Source: Candidatus Omnitrophota bacterium (lineage in GTDB: Bacteria > Omnitrophota > Gorgyraeia > Gygaellales > Profunditerraquicolaceae). Taken from it: a stretch of 64,000 nt of DNA. The DNA lies in the NCBI GenBank assembly GCA_043812955.1, contig JBDRLN010000061.1, positions 7,231 to 71,230 of the forward strand. The letters run 5' to 3'. Positions 29,962 to 41,366 of the stretch are shown in pieces. The first letter of the stretch is position 1. Each line of letters begins with the position of its first letter. The notes under the pieces are model-generated. The model did not search any database. It saw nothing but the letters and a program-made list of their open reading frames with translations, and was not told the origin of the DNA. The position numbers and the translations under genes were made by a program.

Positions 29962-30339
29962 TTAGGCTGCCTTCGGCATTTTTGCCCCGTATTTTGAACG
30001 GGATTTTTTACGGCTGTTCACTCCTGCCGCGTCCAGGGTCCCTCTAACTATATGATACCTTACCCCGGGAAGATCCTTTACCCTGCCGCCCCTTACTAAG
30101 ACTATAGAATGTTCCTGCAGATTATGCCCTTCTCCTGGTATATACGCAGTTACCTCAATACCTGTAGTCAACCTGACCCTAGCGATCTTTCTTAAGGCAG
30201 AATTGGGCTTCTTAGGAGTCATAGTCTTGACCTGAATACAAACACCTCTGCGCTGCGGACAAGCTTTTAAGGCCATAGATTTGGATTTCTTAATCTTAGA
30301 TCTACGGCTGAACCTGATTAACTGGGAAATTGTAGGCAT
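29962..30339 (-). CDS. rpsL: Ribosomal protein S12
   Basis: 125 aa, ...[10 protein letters not shown]... Confidence 0.95.
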   Translation of the reverse strand: MPTISQLIRFSRRSKIKKSKSMALKACPQRRGVCIQVKTMTPKKPNSALRKIARVRLTTGIEVTAYIPGEGHNLQEHSIVLVRGGRVKDLPGVRYHIVRGTLDAAGVNSRKKSRSKYGAKMPKAA

Positions 30340-30344
30340 AACTT

Positions 30345-33300
30345 TTAATCCTTTTTGGTTTCTTTTGCGGCTACTTTCTCCTTAGTCTCTTTGGACAGCT
30401 TTACTACTTCTATATCTCTATGTATAGGATAGCCTGTGCCCGCAGGAATAAGATGGCCGACAATAATATTTTCTTTTAATCCGAAAAGTTCATCCCGTTT
30501 TCCGGAAGTTGCCGCGTCAGTAAGCATCCGGGTAGTCTCCTGAAAACTAGCGGCAGAAATAAAACTCTCAGTAGTTAATGAGGCCTTGGTTATGCCTAGC
30601 AATAGAGGAGTGGCCTGAGCAGGCTTTCCGCCTTTTTTAATAACCCTGGTATTTTCTTTCTGGAATCTCCACTTATCTACCTGCTGTAAAGCCAAAAACT
30701 CGGTATCGCCTGAATCTTCCACTCTAACCTTTTTCAACATCTGGCGAATGATCAATTCGATATGTTTATCATTTATATGCACGCCCTGGAGCCGGTAAAC
30801 CTCCTGGACTTCATTGACTAAATACTCCTGAAGAACCTTATCGCCGCAGACCCTTAAAATATCCTGTAAAACAACCGGTCCGTCTGTTAACTGCTGTCCG
30901 GCAGTAACCTTATCTCCCTTATAAACATCAGGGTGCTTGCCATGGGGAATAACATATTCTCTTTGCATTCCAGTGGGCGATTTAACCACGATAACCCGCT
31001 GGCCTTTCTTAGTCTCTCCAAATTCGACAAAACCGTCTATTTCACTGATAACCGCCGGATCCTTAGGCCTTCTGGCTTCAAACAATTCCGCGACCCTAGG
31101 CAAACCTCCGGTAATATCCCTGGTCTTTACGGTTAAACGGGGTATCTTAGCCAGAAGATCGCCGGCTTCAATGCCCTGGCCGTCCTTGACTAAGATGTGG
31201 GCGCCTATAGGAATTGGATAAATACCCATAACCTCTTTTTTATTGTCCAGGATAACGATCTGGGGATGATAATCTGCTTTATGCTCTACTACAACTTGTT
31301 CAATTGACTTAGTAACCGGATTAACTTCCTGGACCACCGATACATTTTCCTTTAGATCTTCGAATTTAACAATTCCCGATACTTCGGTAAGTATGGGCGC
31401 GGTATAAGGATCCCAGTGAACAAAAGAAATTCCTTTATTGATTTCTTCTGCGTCTTTAAAACCAATGAATGAGCCCTGAGGTATAAGATATCTTTCTAAT
31501 TCCCGGCCGTCTTTATCGTTAATACTGATTGAGCCGTTACGGTTTAAAACTACAAATTCTTTCTTTTTAGGAGCGGTTCTTAAGTTATGATATTTGATAA
31601 AACCTTTATTCCTGGAACCGATCAAAGATTGCTCAACACTGCGGGAGGCGGTGCCACCGATATGAAAAGTCCTTAAGGTCAGCTGGGTACCTGGCTCGCC
31701 AATGCTCTGGGCAGCTATTACGCCTACAGCCTCTCCTGGCTCAACCAACCTTCCAGTAGCTAAATTCCGTCCGTAGCACTTGATGCATACTCCCCGCTCA
31801 GATTCACAGGTGAGCACGCTGCGAATACGGATTTTCTCAATACCTAATTTATCGATCATATCCGCTTTTTCTTCAGTGATCTGATCGCCCTGTTCAACTA
31901 TAACTTCATCGGTAATAATATCCACTATATTATCCAGGGCTACCCTGCCGACAATACGGTCTTTTAAACTGACCACTAATTCATTGCCTTCGGTAATAGC
32001 CTGGACTGTAATCCCGTTTAAAGTGCCGCAATTATCTTCGGTAATAATTATCTCCTGACAAACATCAACCAGCCTGCGGGTTAGGTAACCAGCATCCGCG
32101 GTTTTAAGGGCTGTATCCGCCAGACCTTTTCTGGCGCCGTGAGTAGAGATAAAATATTCCAAAACCGTAAGCCCTTCCTTAAAATTCGCAGTAATCGGGT
32201 TTTCAATGATCTCACCTGACGGTTTAGCCATTAACCCTCTCATTCCGGCTAACTGCCTTACCTGCATCCGTGAGCCCCTGGCACCGCTATCAGCCATCAT
32301 AAATATAGGATTAAAAGGATCCATTTCTTTAAATAACATATCCGAAACCTTATCCGTCACATGGGTCCAGACATCAATAACCTTATTAAAACGCTCCCGG
32401 TCAGTAATAATGCCTTTGCGGTACTGGTCCTCGATCTTAGCGACGTCTACCCTGGCCTCTTTTAATACTTCTGGCTTAGCTTTAGGTATCACTAAATCAT
32501 CAATACCTATAGATATGCCTCCGATAGTGGCGATTTCAAAACCCAAATCCTTGATATCGTCAAGCAGCTGAATTGCCCTTTCGTGGCCGAACCGTTTATA
32601 ACATTCCGAAACTACTTCTCCTACGTTGCTCTTATTTAATTCCCGGTTTACAAAACCAAAATCCTCGGGTAGAATTTGATTAAATATAACCCTGCCTACA
32701 GTCGTATTTATGATCTGCCTTCCGGAATTAACTTTCTTCTCAGATAAGTCAAACACCGAATATACTCTCAATTTTATCTTAGTATTAAGCTCAACCTCTT
32801 TATCATTATTGGCCACGATAACTTCATCATTATTGGCAAATAGTTTATTTTCACCTTTTGCCCCCGGTTTTTCCTTAGATAGATAAGAAAGCCCTAAAAC
32901 AATATCCTGACTGGGCGTAACTACCGGCCGACCATGAGCAGGAGAAAAAACATTATTAACTGATAACATTAAAACTTTACATTCAGTCTGAGACTCTATA
33001 GACAAAGGCACATGTACCGCCATCTGGTCACCGTCAAAATCAGCGTTAAACCCGGCGCAGACTAAAGGATGGATCTTAATCGCTTTTCCTTCAATCAGAA
33101 CCGGCTGAAAGGCCTGCATACTTAAACGATGCAATGTTGGGGCGCGATTTAATAATACCGGGTGGTCTTTGATTACCTCATCCAGCATATCCCAGACCTC
33201 GATTTTTCCGTGACCGACCATCCTGCGGGCGCCCTTAATAGTATGAACAAAACCTTTTTCTTTTAATTTCTTAATGATAAACGGCTCAAATAATTCCAAG

Positions 33301-34388
33301 GCCATCTGCTTTGGCAGGCCGCATTCATGCAGTTTTAGCTCGGGGCCAACCACGATTACCGAACGGCCGGAATAATCAACCCGCTTTCCTAAGAGGTTCT
33401 GACGGAAACGACCCTGTTTTCCTTTAAGCATATCCGAAAGCGATTTTAAAGGACGGTTATTAGAGCCCACTACCGCCCGGCCATGCCTTCCGTTATCTAA
33501 AAGCGCGTCCACCGCCTCCTGCAGCATACGCTTCTCGTTGCGGACGATTATATCGGGCGCGTTAAGCTCAATTAATTTCTTTAAGCGGTTATTCCGGTTG
33601 ATTACCCTGCGGTATAGATCATTTAAATCAGAAGTAGCAAACCTTCCGCCCTCTAAAGGGACCAATGGCCTTAAATCCGGAGGGATAACCGGCAGGACAT
33701 CCAGGATCATCCATTCCGGTTTGTTAGTGGATTTACGAAAATCCTCAACGATCTTCAAATTCTTTAAAGACTTGCGGTTATTCAGGACTTCTTTGGATTT
33801 TTCCAAGTCCTTGCGTAGCTTCCTACAGGCAACATCAAGATCAACTTCTTTTAGCAGGTCCTGCACTGCTTCGGCTCCCATCTTAGCCTTGAATTTAGAG
33901 CCGTATTTATCAAATGCCTCCTGGTATTTATCTTCGCTAAGCAATTCTCTCTTCTTTAAAGGAGTAGTCCCAGGGTCAATAACCACATACTCTTCGTAAT
34001 ATATCACTTTTTCCAGTTCTCTTAAGTTTATATCCAATAGCGCGGAAAGCCTGCTGGGGACAACTTTAAAAAACCAGATATGCATTACCGCAGCGGCTAA
34101 CTCAATATGGCCCATCCGCTCTCTTCTTATTGAAGAATGATCTACTATAACACCGCAGCGGTCGCAGGTTATCCCTTTGAATTTTATTCCTTTATATTTA
34201 CCGCAGTTACATTCCCAGTCCCGAACAGGCCCAAAAATCTTCTCGCAGAAAAGGCCGTCCTTTTCCGGTTTTAAAGTACGGTAGTTTACGGTTTCCGCTT
34301 TCCGCACTTCTCCCTTAGACCAGGAACGGACAACTGCAGGCGAAGCTAATTTAATGGTTATACTGTCGAATGCTAGATTTTCGCGCAT
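30345..34388 (-). CDS. rpoC: DNA-directed RNA polymerase beta' subunit
   Basis: 1347 aa. NADFDGDQM catalytic motif and Zn-binding CNCGKY...C.RCG. Confidence 0.95.
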   Translation of the reverse strand: MRENLAFDSITIKLASPAVVRSWSKGEVRKAETVNYRTLKPEKDGLFCEKIFGPVRDWECNCGKYKGIKFKGITCDRCGVIVDHSSIRRERMGHIELAAAVMHIWFFKVVPSRLSALLDINLRELEKVIYYEEYVVIDPGTTPLKKRELLSEDKYQEAFDKYGSKFKAKMGAEAVQDLLKEVDLDVACRKLRKDLEKSKEVLNNRKSLKNLKIVEDFRKSTNKPEWMILDVLPVIPPDLRPLVPLEGGRFATSDLNDLYRRVINRNNRLKKLIELNAPDIIVRNEKRMLQEAVDALLDNGRHGRAVVGSNNRPLKSLSDMLKGKQGRFRQNLLGKRVDYSGRSVIVVGPELKLHECGLPKQMALELFEPFIIKKLKEKGFVHTIKGARRMVGHGKIEVWDMLDEVIKDHPVLLNRAPTLHRLSMQAFQPVLIEGKAIKIHPLVCAGFNADFDGDQMAVHVPLSIESQTECKVLMLSVNNVFSPAHGRPVVTPSQDIVLGLSYLSKEKPGAKGENKLFANNDEVIVANNDKEVELNTKIKLRVYSVFDLSEKKVNSGRQIINTTVGRVIFNQILPEDFGFVNRELNKSNVGEVVSECYKRFGHERAIQLLDDIKDLGFEIATIGGISIGIDDLVIPKAKPEVLKEARVDVAKIEDQYRKGIITDRERFNKVIDVWTHVTDKVSDMLFKEMDPFNPIFMMADSGARGSRMQVRQLAGMRGLMAKPSGEIIENPITANFKEGLTVLEYFISTHGARKGLADTALKTADAGYLTRRLVDVCQEIIITEDNCGTLNGITVQAITEGNELVVSLKDRIVGRVALDNIVDIITDEVIVEQGDQITEEKADMIDKLGIEKIRIRSVLTCESERGVCIKCYGRNLATGRLVEPGEAVGVIAAQSIGEPGTQLTLRTFHIGGTASRSVEQSLIGSRNKGFIKYHNLRTAPKKKEFVVLNRNGSISINDKDGRELERYLIPQGSFIGFKDAEEINKGISFVHWDPYTAPILTEVSGIVKFEDLKENVSVVQEVNPVTKSIEQVVVEHKADYHPQIVILDNKKEVMGIYPIPIGAHILVKDGQGIEAGDLLAKIPRLTVKTRDITGGLPRVAELFEARRPKDPAVISEIDGFVEFGETKKGQRVIVVKSPTGMQREYVIPHGKHPDVYKGDKVTAGQQLTDGPVVLQDILRVCGDKVLQEYLVNEVQEVYRLQGVHINDKHIELIIRQMLKKVRVEDSGDTEFLALQQVDKWRFQKENTRVIKKGGKPAQATPLLLGITKASLTTESFISAASFQETTRMLTDAATSGKRDELFGLKENIIVGHLIPAGTGYPIHRDIEVVKLSKETKEKVAAKETKKD

Positions 34389-37300
34389 TATTTGGCTGCT
34401 TTCTCTAAACGGACATCTAATCCCAAACCCTGTAATTCTTTAACTAAAACATTAAAAGATTCAGGCGTGCCGTGAGTTAAATGCTGCTCTCCTTTAACAA
34501 TAGCCTCGTAAATCTTAGTCCTTCCGTTTACGTCATCGCTTTTTACCGTAAGCATCTCCTGCAAGGTAAATGCCGCGCCGTAAGCTTCCAAGGCCCAAAC
34601 TTCCATTTCTCCCAACCTCTGCCCGCCAAACTGGGCCTTGCCGCCTAAAGGCTGCTGGGTTACCAAAGAATACGGCCCTATAGAACGGGCATGTATTTTT
34701 TCATCAACCAAGTGGATCAATTTCATCATATAGATATAACCAACGGTGATCCTCTGGCTAAAAGGCTCCCCCGTATAGCCGTCGAAAAGCGTTGTTTTTC
34801 CGTCTTCAGGAAGACCGGCTTTACTCAACATCTCTTTAACTTCTATTTCTTTAGCTCCGTCAAATACCGGAGTCATAATACTGATCCCTAAAGCCTTGGC
34901 AGCCCAACCTAAATGAGTCTCTAAAATCTGGCCTACATTCATACGTGAAGGCACGCCTAAGGGATTTAAGATCATTTCTACAGGGGTCCCATCAGGCAGA
35001 TAGGGCATACTGTCTTCGGGTAATATCTTGGCTACCACACCCTTGTTTCCGTGACGGCCGGATAATTTATCTCCTACAGCGAGTTTTCTTTTAGTCGCAA
35101 CATAGGCTACAACCCTTTTTAACACTCCCGGGGGCAATTCATCTCCGCGTCTTACCTTATCAATCTCCTGCTGCTGCTCGCTGATTAACTCGCGGATCTG
35201 CTCATCATAAGAATTGGAAACTATTTTTGCTTCTTCATTATCGCTGTCTTCAAAATCTATCTTCTCTGCCTTAGCTTTATCAATGCCTAAAAGATGAGCT
35301 AAACGACTGATCTTCTCGACCTGTAAAAATTCTATCTCCTGTTTATAATAAGCCTTCAGTTCCCGGACCTTGACCAATTCCTTGTTTTTTTCTTCTTTGG
35401 ATTTCCTGCCCCGGTCTTTACGCTGGAATACATGCACATCTACTACTACGCCTTCCACTCCCGGAGGGACTATTAATGAAGTATCCCGGACATCTGAAGC
35501 CTTCTCTCCGAATATAGCCCTGAGCAACCTTTCTTCCGGAGATAATTCGGATTCAGTCTTGGGAGTTACTTTACCTACCAGTATATCTCCAGGCCCTACT
35601 TCCGCTCCGATACGAACTATCCCGTTCTGGTCTAAGTTATTTAAAGAATCCTCACTGACATTAGGAATATCCCGGGTTATCTCTTCATTACCCAGCCGGG
35701 TCTCAATAGCCTCGATCTCAAATTCTTTGACATGAATGGAGGTGAATACATCTTCCTTTACCAATTTCTCGCTAATAACAATAGCATCTTCGAAATTAAA
35801 ACCTCTCCAGGGCATAAAAGCCACAAAAACATTTTTACCTAAAGCCAGTTCGGCGTTTTTGGTACACATACCGTCAGCAATAACCTGGCCCTTTTCCACG
35901 TGTTCGCCCAGTTTAACTATCGGCCTTTGATTTAAACAGGTATCGGCATTGGTGCGCAAGAATTTCGATAACAGATAGGTTCTCTTGCCTACTGTTATCG
36001 CGGCGGCGTCAACTCTAGTAACTTTACCTGATTCCTCGGCAATAACTACAGTGCCTGAATCATAAGCCACCTTTTCTTCCATGCCTGTACCCACAACTGG
36101 AGACTCATTGATCATCAGGGGTACGCCCTGTCTCTGCATGTTTGATCCCATGAGGGCCCGGTTAGCATCATCATGCTCCAAAAAAGGAATTAATGAAGCC
36201 GCAACTGAAACCAGTTGTTTTGGGGAAACATCCATATATTCAACCTGTTTAGGGCTAACTTTGGGAAAATCGCCTTTAAAACGGCAGGATATCTCTTTTT
36301 CAATAAAATAACCCTCGCCATCCAAAGGCACATTAGCCTGGGCAATTATCTTTACTTCCTCAATATCGGCAGTTAGATATTCGATCTTTCTAGTAACCCG
36401 ACCTTCTTCGGTTTTACGATAAGGCGTCTCTAATAAACCTAATGCATTAACCCGGGCATAAGTACTTAAAGAAGCAATCAAGCCGATATTAGGGCCTTCA
36501 GGGGTTTCTATAGGGCAAACCCTTCCGTAATGCGAAGGATGGATATCTCTTACTTCAAAACCAGCCCGTTCGCGGGATAATCCACCGGGGCCTAAAGCGC
36601 TTAACCTGCGTTTATGAGTAATTTCAGCTAACGGATTAACCTGATCCATAAATTGCGACAACTGACTGCGGCCAAAAAAATCATGAAGCTGAGTAGAGAA
36701 TAGCTTGGAATTTATTAGGGTATGCACGTTTAAAGCGTTTAAGTCGCTTAATACGCCGATCTTTTCTCTTATTGAACGCTCTATCCTGCTCATTCCTATC
36801 CTTACCTGATTCTGAACTAATTCACCCACAGTTTTAATCCTACGGTTGCCTAAATGGTCAATATCATCTATCTTTCCAACGCCTTCTTTAAGCTTAATTA
36901 GGTATTCAATAACCCTAATCACGGTAGCAGAATCTAAAATCCGCTTATCCAAAGAAACTTCCATACCCAGTTTACGATTAAGCACAAACCTGCCTGCCCT
37001 TTCCAGATCATAACGGTTAGGATCAAAGAACAAGCGATAAAATAAGCCTTCAGCTGCTTCCTTAGTAACCGGATCAGTCGGCCGCATTTTGCGGTAAAAA
37101 TCTAAATAGGCCTCCTCTTTATTTTTGGTATAATCTTTTTTCAGGGTATTTCGGATTTCGGGGTAATCTTTGGAAAACGCCGATATGATTTCATTATCGG
37201 TAGAATAACCTAATATCCTTAAGATCTGGGTTGCGGGAAAATTCCTACGCCTGTCTACATAAGCTAATATTGTTTCCGAAAGATCATATTTAAACTCCAG

Positions 37301-37804
37301 CCAGGCGCCGCGATAGGGTATGATCCTGCCTTGGTAAACGCTTTTTCCTGTAGGGTGCTCTTCTTCTTCAAACGAAACTCCGGGCGAACGCTGCAATTGA
37401 CTTACTACCACTCGTTCGTCTCCATTAATAATAAAACTTCCAGTATCAGTCATAAGGGGGAGCTCCCCGAAATAAGCATCCTGTTCTTTAATCTCCTGTG
37501 GAGTAGTTAAGCGGAATTTTACTTTAAGCGGAGCGGCATAGGTAAGTGATCGTTTCTTACATTCTCCGACAATATATTTAGGTTTGCCCAGAGTATAATT
37601 GACGAATTCCAAACGGACAGTCCGGTCAACATTCTCAATCGGAAAGGTATCTTCAAAAACCTCCTGCAACCCCTGGGATTTTAAATCCTTGGGCGTTGCA
37701 TTTACCTGAAGAAATTCCCGATAAGATTCAGTCTGGATGTCCAGAAAATTAGGTAGTTCGTATACCTCTTTAAATTTCGCGAAATTTTTACGCTTATTAG
37801 CCAT
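34388..37804 (-). CDS. rpoB: DNA-directed RNA polymerase beta subunit
   Basis: 1138 aa, conserved beta regions. Confidence 0.95.
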   Translation of the reverse strand: MANKRKNFAKFKEVYELPNFLDIQTESYREFLQVNATPKDLKSQGLQEVFEDTFPIENVDRTVRLEFVNYTLGKPKYIVGECKKRSLTYAAPLKVKFRLTTPQEIKEQDAYFGELPLMTDTGSFIINGDERVVVSQLQRSPGVSFEEEEHPTGKSVYQGRIIPYRGAWLEFKYDLSETILAYVDRRRNFPATQILRILGYSTDNEIISAFSKDYPEIRNTLKKDYTKNKEEAYLDFYRKMRPTDPVTKEAAEGLFYRLFFDPNRYDLERAGRFVLNRKLGMEVSLDKRILDSATVIRVIEYLIKLKEGVGKIDDIDHLGNRRIKTVGELVQNQVRIGMSRIERSIREKIGVLSDLNALNVHTLINSKLFSTQLHDFFGRSQLSQFMDQVNPLAEITHKRRLSALGPGGLSRERAGFEVRDIHPSHYGRVCPIETPEGPNIGLIASLSTYARVNALGLLETPYRKTEEGRVTRKIEYLTADIEEVKIIAQANVPLDGEGYFIEKEISCRFKGDFPKVSPKQVEYMDVSPKQLVSVAASLIPFLEHDDANRALMGSNMQRQGVPLMINESPVVGTGMEEKVAYDSGTVVIAEESGKVTRVDAAAITVGKRTYLLSKFLRTNADTCLNQRPIVKLGEHVEKGQVIADGMCTKNAELALGKNVFVAFMPWRGFNFEDAIVISEKLVKEDVFTSIHVKEFEIEAIETRLGNEEITRDIPNVSEDSLNNLDQNGIVRIGAEVGPGDILVGKVTPKTESELSPEERLLRAIFGEKASDVRDTSLIVPPGVEGVVVDVHVFQRKDRGRKSKEEKNKELVKVRELKAYYKQEIEFLQVEKISRLAHLLGIDKAKAEKIDFEDSDNEEAKIVSNSYDEQIRELISEQQQEIDKVRRGDELPPGVLKRVVAYVATKRKLAVGDKLSGRHGNKGVVAKILPEDSMPYLPDGTPVEMILNPLGVPSRMNVGQILETHLGWAAKALGISIMTPVFDGAKEIEVKEMLSKAGLPEDGKTTLFDGYTGEPFSQRITVGYIYMMKLIHLVDEKIHARSIGPYSLVTQQPLGGKAQFGGQRLGEMEVWALEAYGAAFTLQEMLTVKSDDVNGRTKIYEAIVKGEQHLTHGTPESFNVLVKELQGLGLDVRLEKAAK

Positions 37805-37835
37805 TTTCTATACTATTATATAGGTAAGGAATCTG

Positions 37836-38225
37836 TTATTTTAATTCTACGGTCGCGCCCGCAGCTTCCAACTTCTTCTTCATATCTTCAGCTTCTTCTT
37901 TGGTAACGCCATCTTTAACCGGCTTCGGGGCAGCATCAACTAAGTCTTTAGCTTCCTTTAATCCTAAACTGGTCATCGCCCTCACCTCTTTAATAACGGC
38001 GATCTTACTTGCGCCAGCGCTGGTCAAGACTACTGTAAATGCAGTTTTTTCTTCCGCAGCTGGAGCTGCTCCACCTGCTGATCCTTGAGCACCTGCCATA
38101 GGAGCTGCCATCATCGGCATATTAGCACAAACCCCAAACTTTTCTTCCAGGGCCTTGACCAAATCTGCCAATTCCAGGACTGTCATCTCTTCGATTGATT
38201 TAATTAATTCCTCTTGCTTTGCCAT
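37836..38225 (-). CDS. rplL: Ribosomal protein L7/L12
   Basis: 129 aa. Ala-rich hinge; AAGGAGG lies upstream. Confidence 0.9.
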   Translation of the reverse strand: MAKQEELIKSIEEMTVLELADLVKALEEKFGVCANMPMMAAPMAGAQGSAGGAAPAAEEKTAFTVVLTSAGASKIAVIKEVRAMTSLGLKEAKDLVDAAPKPVKDGVTKEEAEDMKKKLEAAGATVELK

Positions 38226-38241
38226 CTTTACTCCTCCTTAT

Positions 38242-38310
38242 TTACGGTTAGCGGTGTTCGGTTTACGGTTATCGGTGTTCGGTCTAATCGCTCACCCGAT
38301 ACCCGCTAAC
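38242..38310. repeat. Family-D element, copy 3
   Basis: tacggttagcggtgttcggtttacggttatcggtgttcgg ... cacccgatacccgctaacc. It sits between rplJ and rplL. Confidence 0.75.
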
Positions 38311-38320
38311 CTAAAACCTA

Positions 38321-38854
38321 CTAATTATTTTTCTCTTTTTTTTGCTTTATCTGGTCCAGGCAACAGACCAATTTTCTTAAATTCCCATTCAAGACCATGA
38401 CTAATTTTACAATCGGCGCATTTAAAGTCATTACCACCATAGCCCTTAAGACGTTCTTACCCGGAAGTTTAGCCATGGCTTCAATATCTTTTTTTTCCAG
38501 AACCTTATCCTTTAAATACCCGCCTGCTAAAAGCAAATTTTCATAATCCTTAGCAAAATTACACAAAAGTTTAGATACGTTTACCGGCTCATCTTTAATA
38601 AACACCAGGCCGCAGGGCCCTTCTATAAGTTTAATTAAGCTATCCAGTGATTTTTCCTTTAAGGTTCTCTGGGCCACCTTATTCCTGACCACAAAACAAG
38701 ACGCGTTTTCTACTTTTAACGCCTGCCTCAAAGAAGACAAATCGAGCGAGGAGAGCCCGGAATATTTAATCACAAAAAAACTCTCCGAACTTTCCAGGGC
38801 CTTCTTAATACGGTTTGAGGATACTTCTTTAAATATAACCCCTAACTTTTTCAT
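38321..38854 (-). CDS. rplJ: Ribosomal protein L10
   Basis: 177 aa. Confidence 0.85.
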   Translation of the reverse strand: MKKLGVIFKEVSSNRIKKALESSESFFVIKYSGLSSLDLSSLRQALKVENASCFVVRNKVAQRTLKEKSLDSLIKLIEGPCGLVFIKDEPVNVSKLLCNFAKDYENLLLAGGYLKDKVLEKKDIEAMAKLPGKNVLRAMVVMTLNAPIVKLVMVLNGNLRKLVCCLDQIKQKKEKNN

Positions 38855-38856
38855 AA

Positions 38857-39537
38857 TTATATTCCCAATTTAAATCCGGGATTCATGGTTGAGGAAATCG
38901 ATAGCCCTTCGACAAATTTACCTTTTATAGTTGATGGCTTAGCCTCATTGACAGCCGATATTACACAGGAGGCGTTCTCAAATATTTTATCTTCGGAAAA
39001 AGAAACTTTGCCCACTGAAAGATGAATCCCTCCTTGTTTATCCACCCTAAACTCAACTTTCCCTTTTTTTACATCACTGATGGCCTTGACAATATCATTA
39101 GTAACTGTCCCGGTTTTAGGCGATGGCATAAGCCCGCGGGGGCCTAAGACTTTGCCTAATTTACTCAAATCTTTCATCATATCCGGAGTAGCGATAACAC
39201 AATCAAAATCTAAAAATCCTCCAGCAACTTTATCAATTAATTCATTAGAACCTACCAGATCAGCATTGGCTTCCCTGGCCAGCTTTTCAAACTCACCCTT
39301 ACAGAAAACAGCGACCCGGACTTGCTTTCCAGTGCCATGAGGAAGCAGAACAGTGCCCCTGACCATCTGTTCTGATTTTTTGGGATCAATATTAAGCGAA
39401 AAATGCACATCTACTGAAGCGTCAAATTTTGGCGTTGCTACCTTTTTTATACAGGCAATAGCCTCCTTAAGAGAATATACTTGATTTTTATCCACCAATT
39501 TTTGGGATTCTTTAAACCTCTTGCTGCGGGCTTTCAT
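38857..39537 (-). CDS. rplA: Ribosomal protein L1
   Basis: 226 aa. Confidence 0.9.
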   Translation of the reverse strand: MKARSKRFKESQKLVDKNQVYSLKEAIACIKKVATPKFDASVDVHFSLNIDPKKSEQMVRGTVLLPHGTGKQVRVAVFCKGEFEKLAREANADLVGSNELIDKVAGGFLDFDCVIATPDMMKDLSKLGKVLGPRGLMPSPKTGTVTNDIVKAISDVKKGKVEFRVDKQGGIHLSVGKVSFSEDKIFENASCVISAVNEAKPSTIKGKFVEGLSISSTMNPGFKLGI

Positions 39538-39542
39538 AATAG

Positions 39543-39968
39543 TTATCCTTCAACACTTAAGCCCATACTGCGGGCAGTTCCTTTTACAGTCTTTATCGCC
39601 TCATCCAAATCCGAAGTATTTAGATCTTTCATCTTAAGTTTAGCTATTTCTTCCACCTGTTTTAAGGTTACCTTGCCGATCACTTCTTTACCGGCAATCC
39701 CTGAAGCCTTAGCCAGGTTTGCTGAACGCTTTAAAAGCACTGATGAAGGAGGGCTCTTTATAATAAAGGTAAAGGTCCTATCCTCATAAACACTGATCAC
39801 TACAGGCAGGATTAGTCCATCTCTGCCTTTAGTCTGATCATTAAACTGTTTACAGAATTGCATAATATTAACGCCGTGCTGGCCTAAAGCCGGACCTACC
39901 GGAGGAGCGGGATTAGCCTGGGCTGCCGGAACATACAATTTAATCTGAGCGTTAATCTTCTTGGCCAT
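39543..39968 (-). CDS. rplK: Ribosomal protein L11
   Basis: Homology from [30 protein letters not shown]. The ATG at 39966-39968 overlaps the nusG stop (TAATG). The track's TTG-extended start is rejected. Confidence 0.85.
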   Translation of the reverse strand: MAKKINAQIKLYVPAAQANPAPPVGPALGQHGVNIMQFCKQFNDQTKGRDGLILPVVISVYEDRTFTFIIKSPPSSVLLKRSANLAKASGIAGKEVIGKVTLKQVEEIAKLKMKDLNTSDLDEAIKTVKGTARSMGLSVEG

Positions 39969-40495
39969 TATATCTTCTCCACCTGCCAATACTCCAATTC
40001 AACCGGAGTTGACCTGCCGAAAATGGAAATACTGACCTTCAATTTCCCCTTTTCAGGGTGGATCTCCTCAATACAGCCGTTAAAATTCATAAACGGACCT
40101 TCCTTGACCCTAACCTGTTCGCCTTTTTCAAAAATTATTCGCGGGGACGGTTTAACCTTAGTCTCTTCTGTTCGTTTTAAAATATTCTCAACTTCTCTGG
40201 GGGGTAAAGGAGTGGGTTTTCGGCCTGAACCAATAAAACCAGTAACTCCGGGAATGCTCTTAATGAAAGAATAAGTCTTATCATCCATTTCCATTTCTAC
40301 CATGACATAACCCGGAAAAAACCTTCTCTCGGAAACTCGGCGCTTTCCAGATCTTACCTCGGATATTTGTTCGGTAGGAATGACTATCTTGGAGATTGAT
40401 TCCTGAAAGCTATTGGAGGCGATCTTTTTCTCCAATACTGTTTTCACTCTATCCTCTAAACCGGTCTGGGTATGAACAACGTACCAATTTTTCAT
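39968..40495 (-). CDS. nusG: Transcription antiterminator NusG
   Basis: 175 aa, NGN and KOW domains. Confidence 0.9.
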   Translation of the reverse strand: MKNWYVVHTQTGLEDRVKTVLEKKIASNSFQESISKIVIPTEQISEVRSGKRRVSERRFFPGYVMVEMEMDDKTYSFIKSIPGVTGFIGSGRKPTPLPPREVENILKRTEETKVKPSPRIIFEKGEQVRVKEGPFMNFNGCIEEIHPEKGKLKVSISIFGRSTPVELEYWQVEKI

Positions 40496-40686
40496 TTTAA
40501 AATTAAACTTAATCCTTTTGAAAGTAGGACATCAACTATTCCGATAAATATTCCCATTATGGCCGTTATGACTATGACTACTATGGTCGCCCCGATCAAT
40601 TCCTCCCGGGTTGACCAGGCAACCTTGGATAACTCCGCTTTAGCTTCTTTTATAAAATTAATCGGTTTATTAATTATCGCGATCAT
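40492..40686 (-). CDS. secE: Preprotein translocase SecE
   Basis: 64 aa, single TM. Canonical position upstream of nusG. Confidence 0.85.
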   Translation of the reverse strand: MIAIINKPINFIKEAKAELSKVAWSTREELIGATIVVIVITAIMGIFIGIVDVLLSKGLSLILK

Positions 40687-40714
40687 TTTTCCTTTATTTC
40701 CCGGCTATAATTTC

Positions 40715-40785
40715 CAGGAGCGGCAGGAGTCGAACCTGCAGTTACGGTTTTGGAGACCGTTGGTTTGCCATTAACCGACGCTCCT
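40715..40785 (-). tRNA. tRNA-Trp (anticodon CCA)
   Basis: rc read AGGAGCG...GGTCTCCAAAACCG...GGTTCGACTCCTGCCGCTCCTG. Anticodon loop CUCCAAA, T-loop TTCGACT, 7-bp acceptor stem. No encoded CCA. Confidence 0.85.
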
Positions 40786-40805
40786 ATTTACCCGTTTAAA
40801 ATACG

Positions 40806-40955
40806 TTACTTTATCTCCTTGTGCATTGTATGCTTACGGCAACACTTGCAGTATTTCTTGATTTCCAGTTTTTCCTGGTGTTTCTTCTTATTTTTAGTCG
40901 TGGTGTAATTTCTGTTTTTGCAGACCGTACACTCTAAAGTAATAATCTCACGCAT
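40806..40955 (-). CDS. rpmG: Ribosomal protein L33
   Basis: Not in the ORF track (49 aa). [49 protein letters not shown], with paired Zn-ribbon cysteines. Confidence 0.85.
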   Translation of the reverse strand: MREIITLECTVCKNRNYTTTKNKKKHQEKLEIKKYCKCCRKHTMHKEIK

Positions 40956-40992
40956 ATTTATTTTCTTCAGTAAACTTCTCTAGAGATCGCTA

Positions 40993-41065
40993 AGCTGGAG
41001 ACGGGAATTGAACCCGTGACCCCGTCCTTACCAAGGACGTGCTCTACCAACTGAGCTACTCCAGC
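40993..41065 (-). tRNA. tRNA-Thr (anticodon GGU)
   Basis: rc read GCTGGAGTAGCTCAGTTGGTAGAGCACGTCCTTGGTAAGGACGGGGTCACGGGTTCAATTCCCGTCTCCAGCT. Anticodon loop UUGGUAA. Confidence 0.85.
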
Positions 41066-41211
41066 ATTATGCTGCACGTAGCCTGAAATAAAAAAAAACC
41101 TCTTCAAGAATTTTAAAAAAATTCTCTTTATATTTACGCCTAGGAATAGCCTGTAGTAAATTGTTTCGCCGACTGTTTGGAAAGGCTACCTATGTTTCAC
41201 GTAGACTAAAG

Positions 41212-41240
41212 AATATACACTATAAATTTAATTTTGTCAA
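41212..41240 (-). promoter_or_regulatory. sigma70-type promoter (TTGACA-17-TATATT) for the tRNA-Thr/rpmG/tRNA-Trp/secE/nusG/rplKAJL unit
   Basis: Minus-strand read: TTGACA, a 17-nt spacer, TATATT. The -35 region overlaps an AT-rich palindrome, CCCTTTTTTTTAAAAAAAGGG (41241-41262), downstream of the coiled-coil gene. Confidence 0.6.
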
Positions 41241-41366
41241 CCCTTTTTTTAAAAAAAGGGCCTGGTTTCAACCTGCCAAACTCAAAGCCTCTTTCTGGGA
41301 CTTAAACTAAAGCTGATTCTTTTTCGTTCTGGACTTTTATCTGGCAGGCCTGCTTATTTAGCTGGC

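Noticed and set aside
34388-37804. rpoB being relatively short (1138 aa) as a sign of truncation.
   Set aside because: The reading frame is continuous from the conserved N-terminus to the C-terminus and abuts rpoC normally. Lineage-specific absence of insertions is common.
39969-39989. TTG-initiated 7-aa extension of rplK. Similar GTG/TTG-extended track starts occur for rplB (23858-23935), rpsD (12001-12036) and groES (1994-1999).
   Set aside because: Homology and the SD position, or the TAATG stop-start overlap, point to the internal ATG starts.
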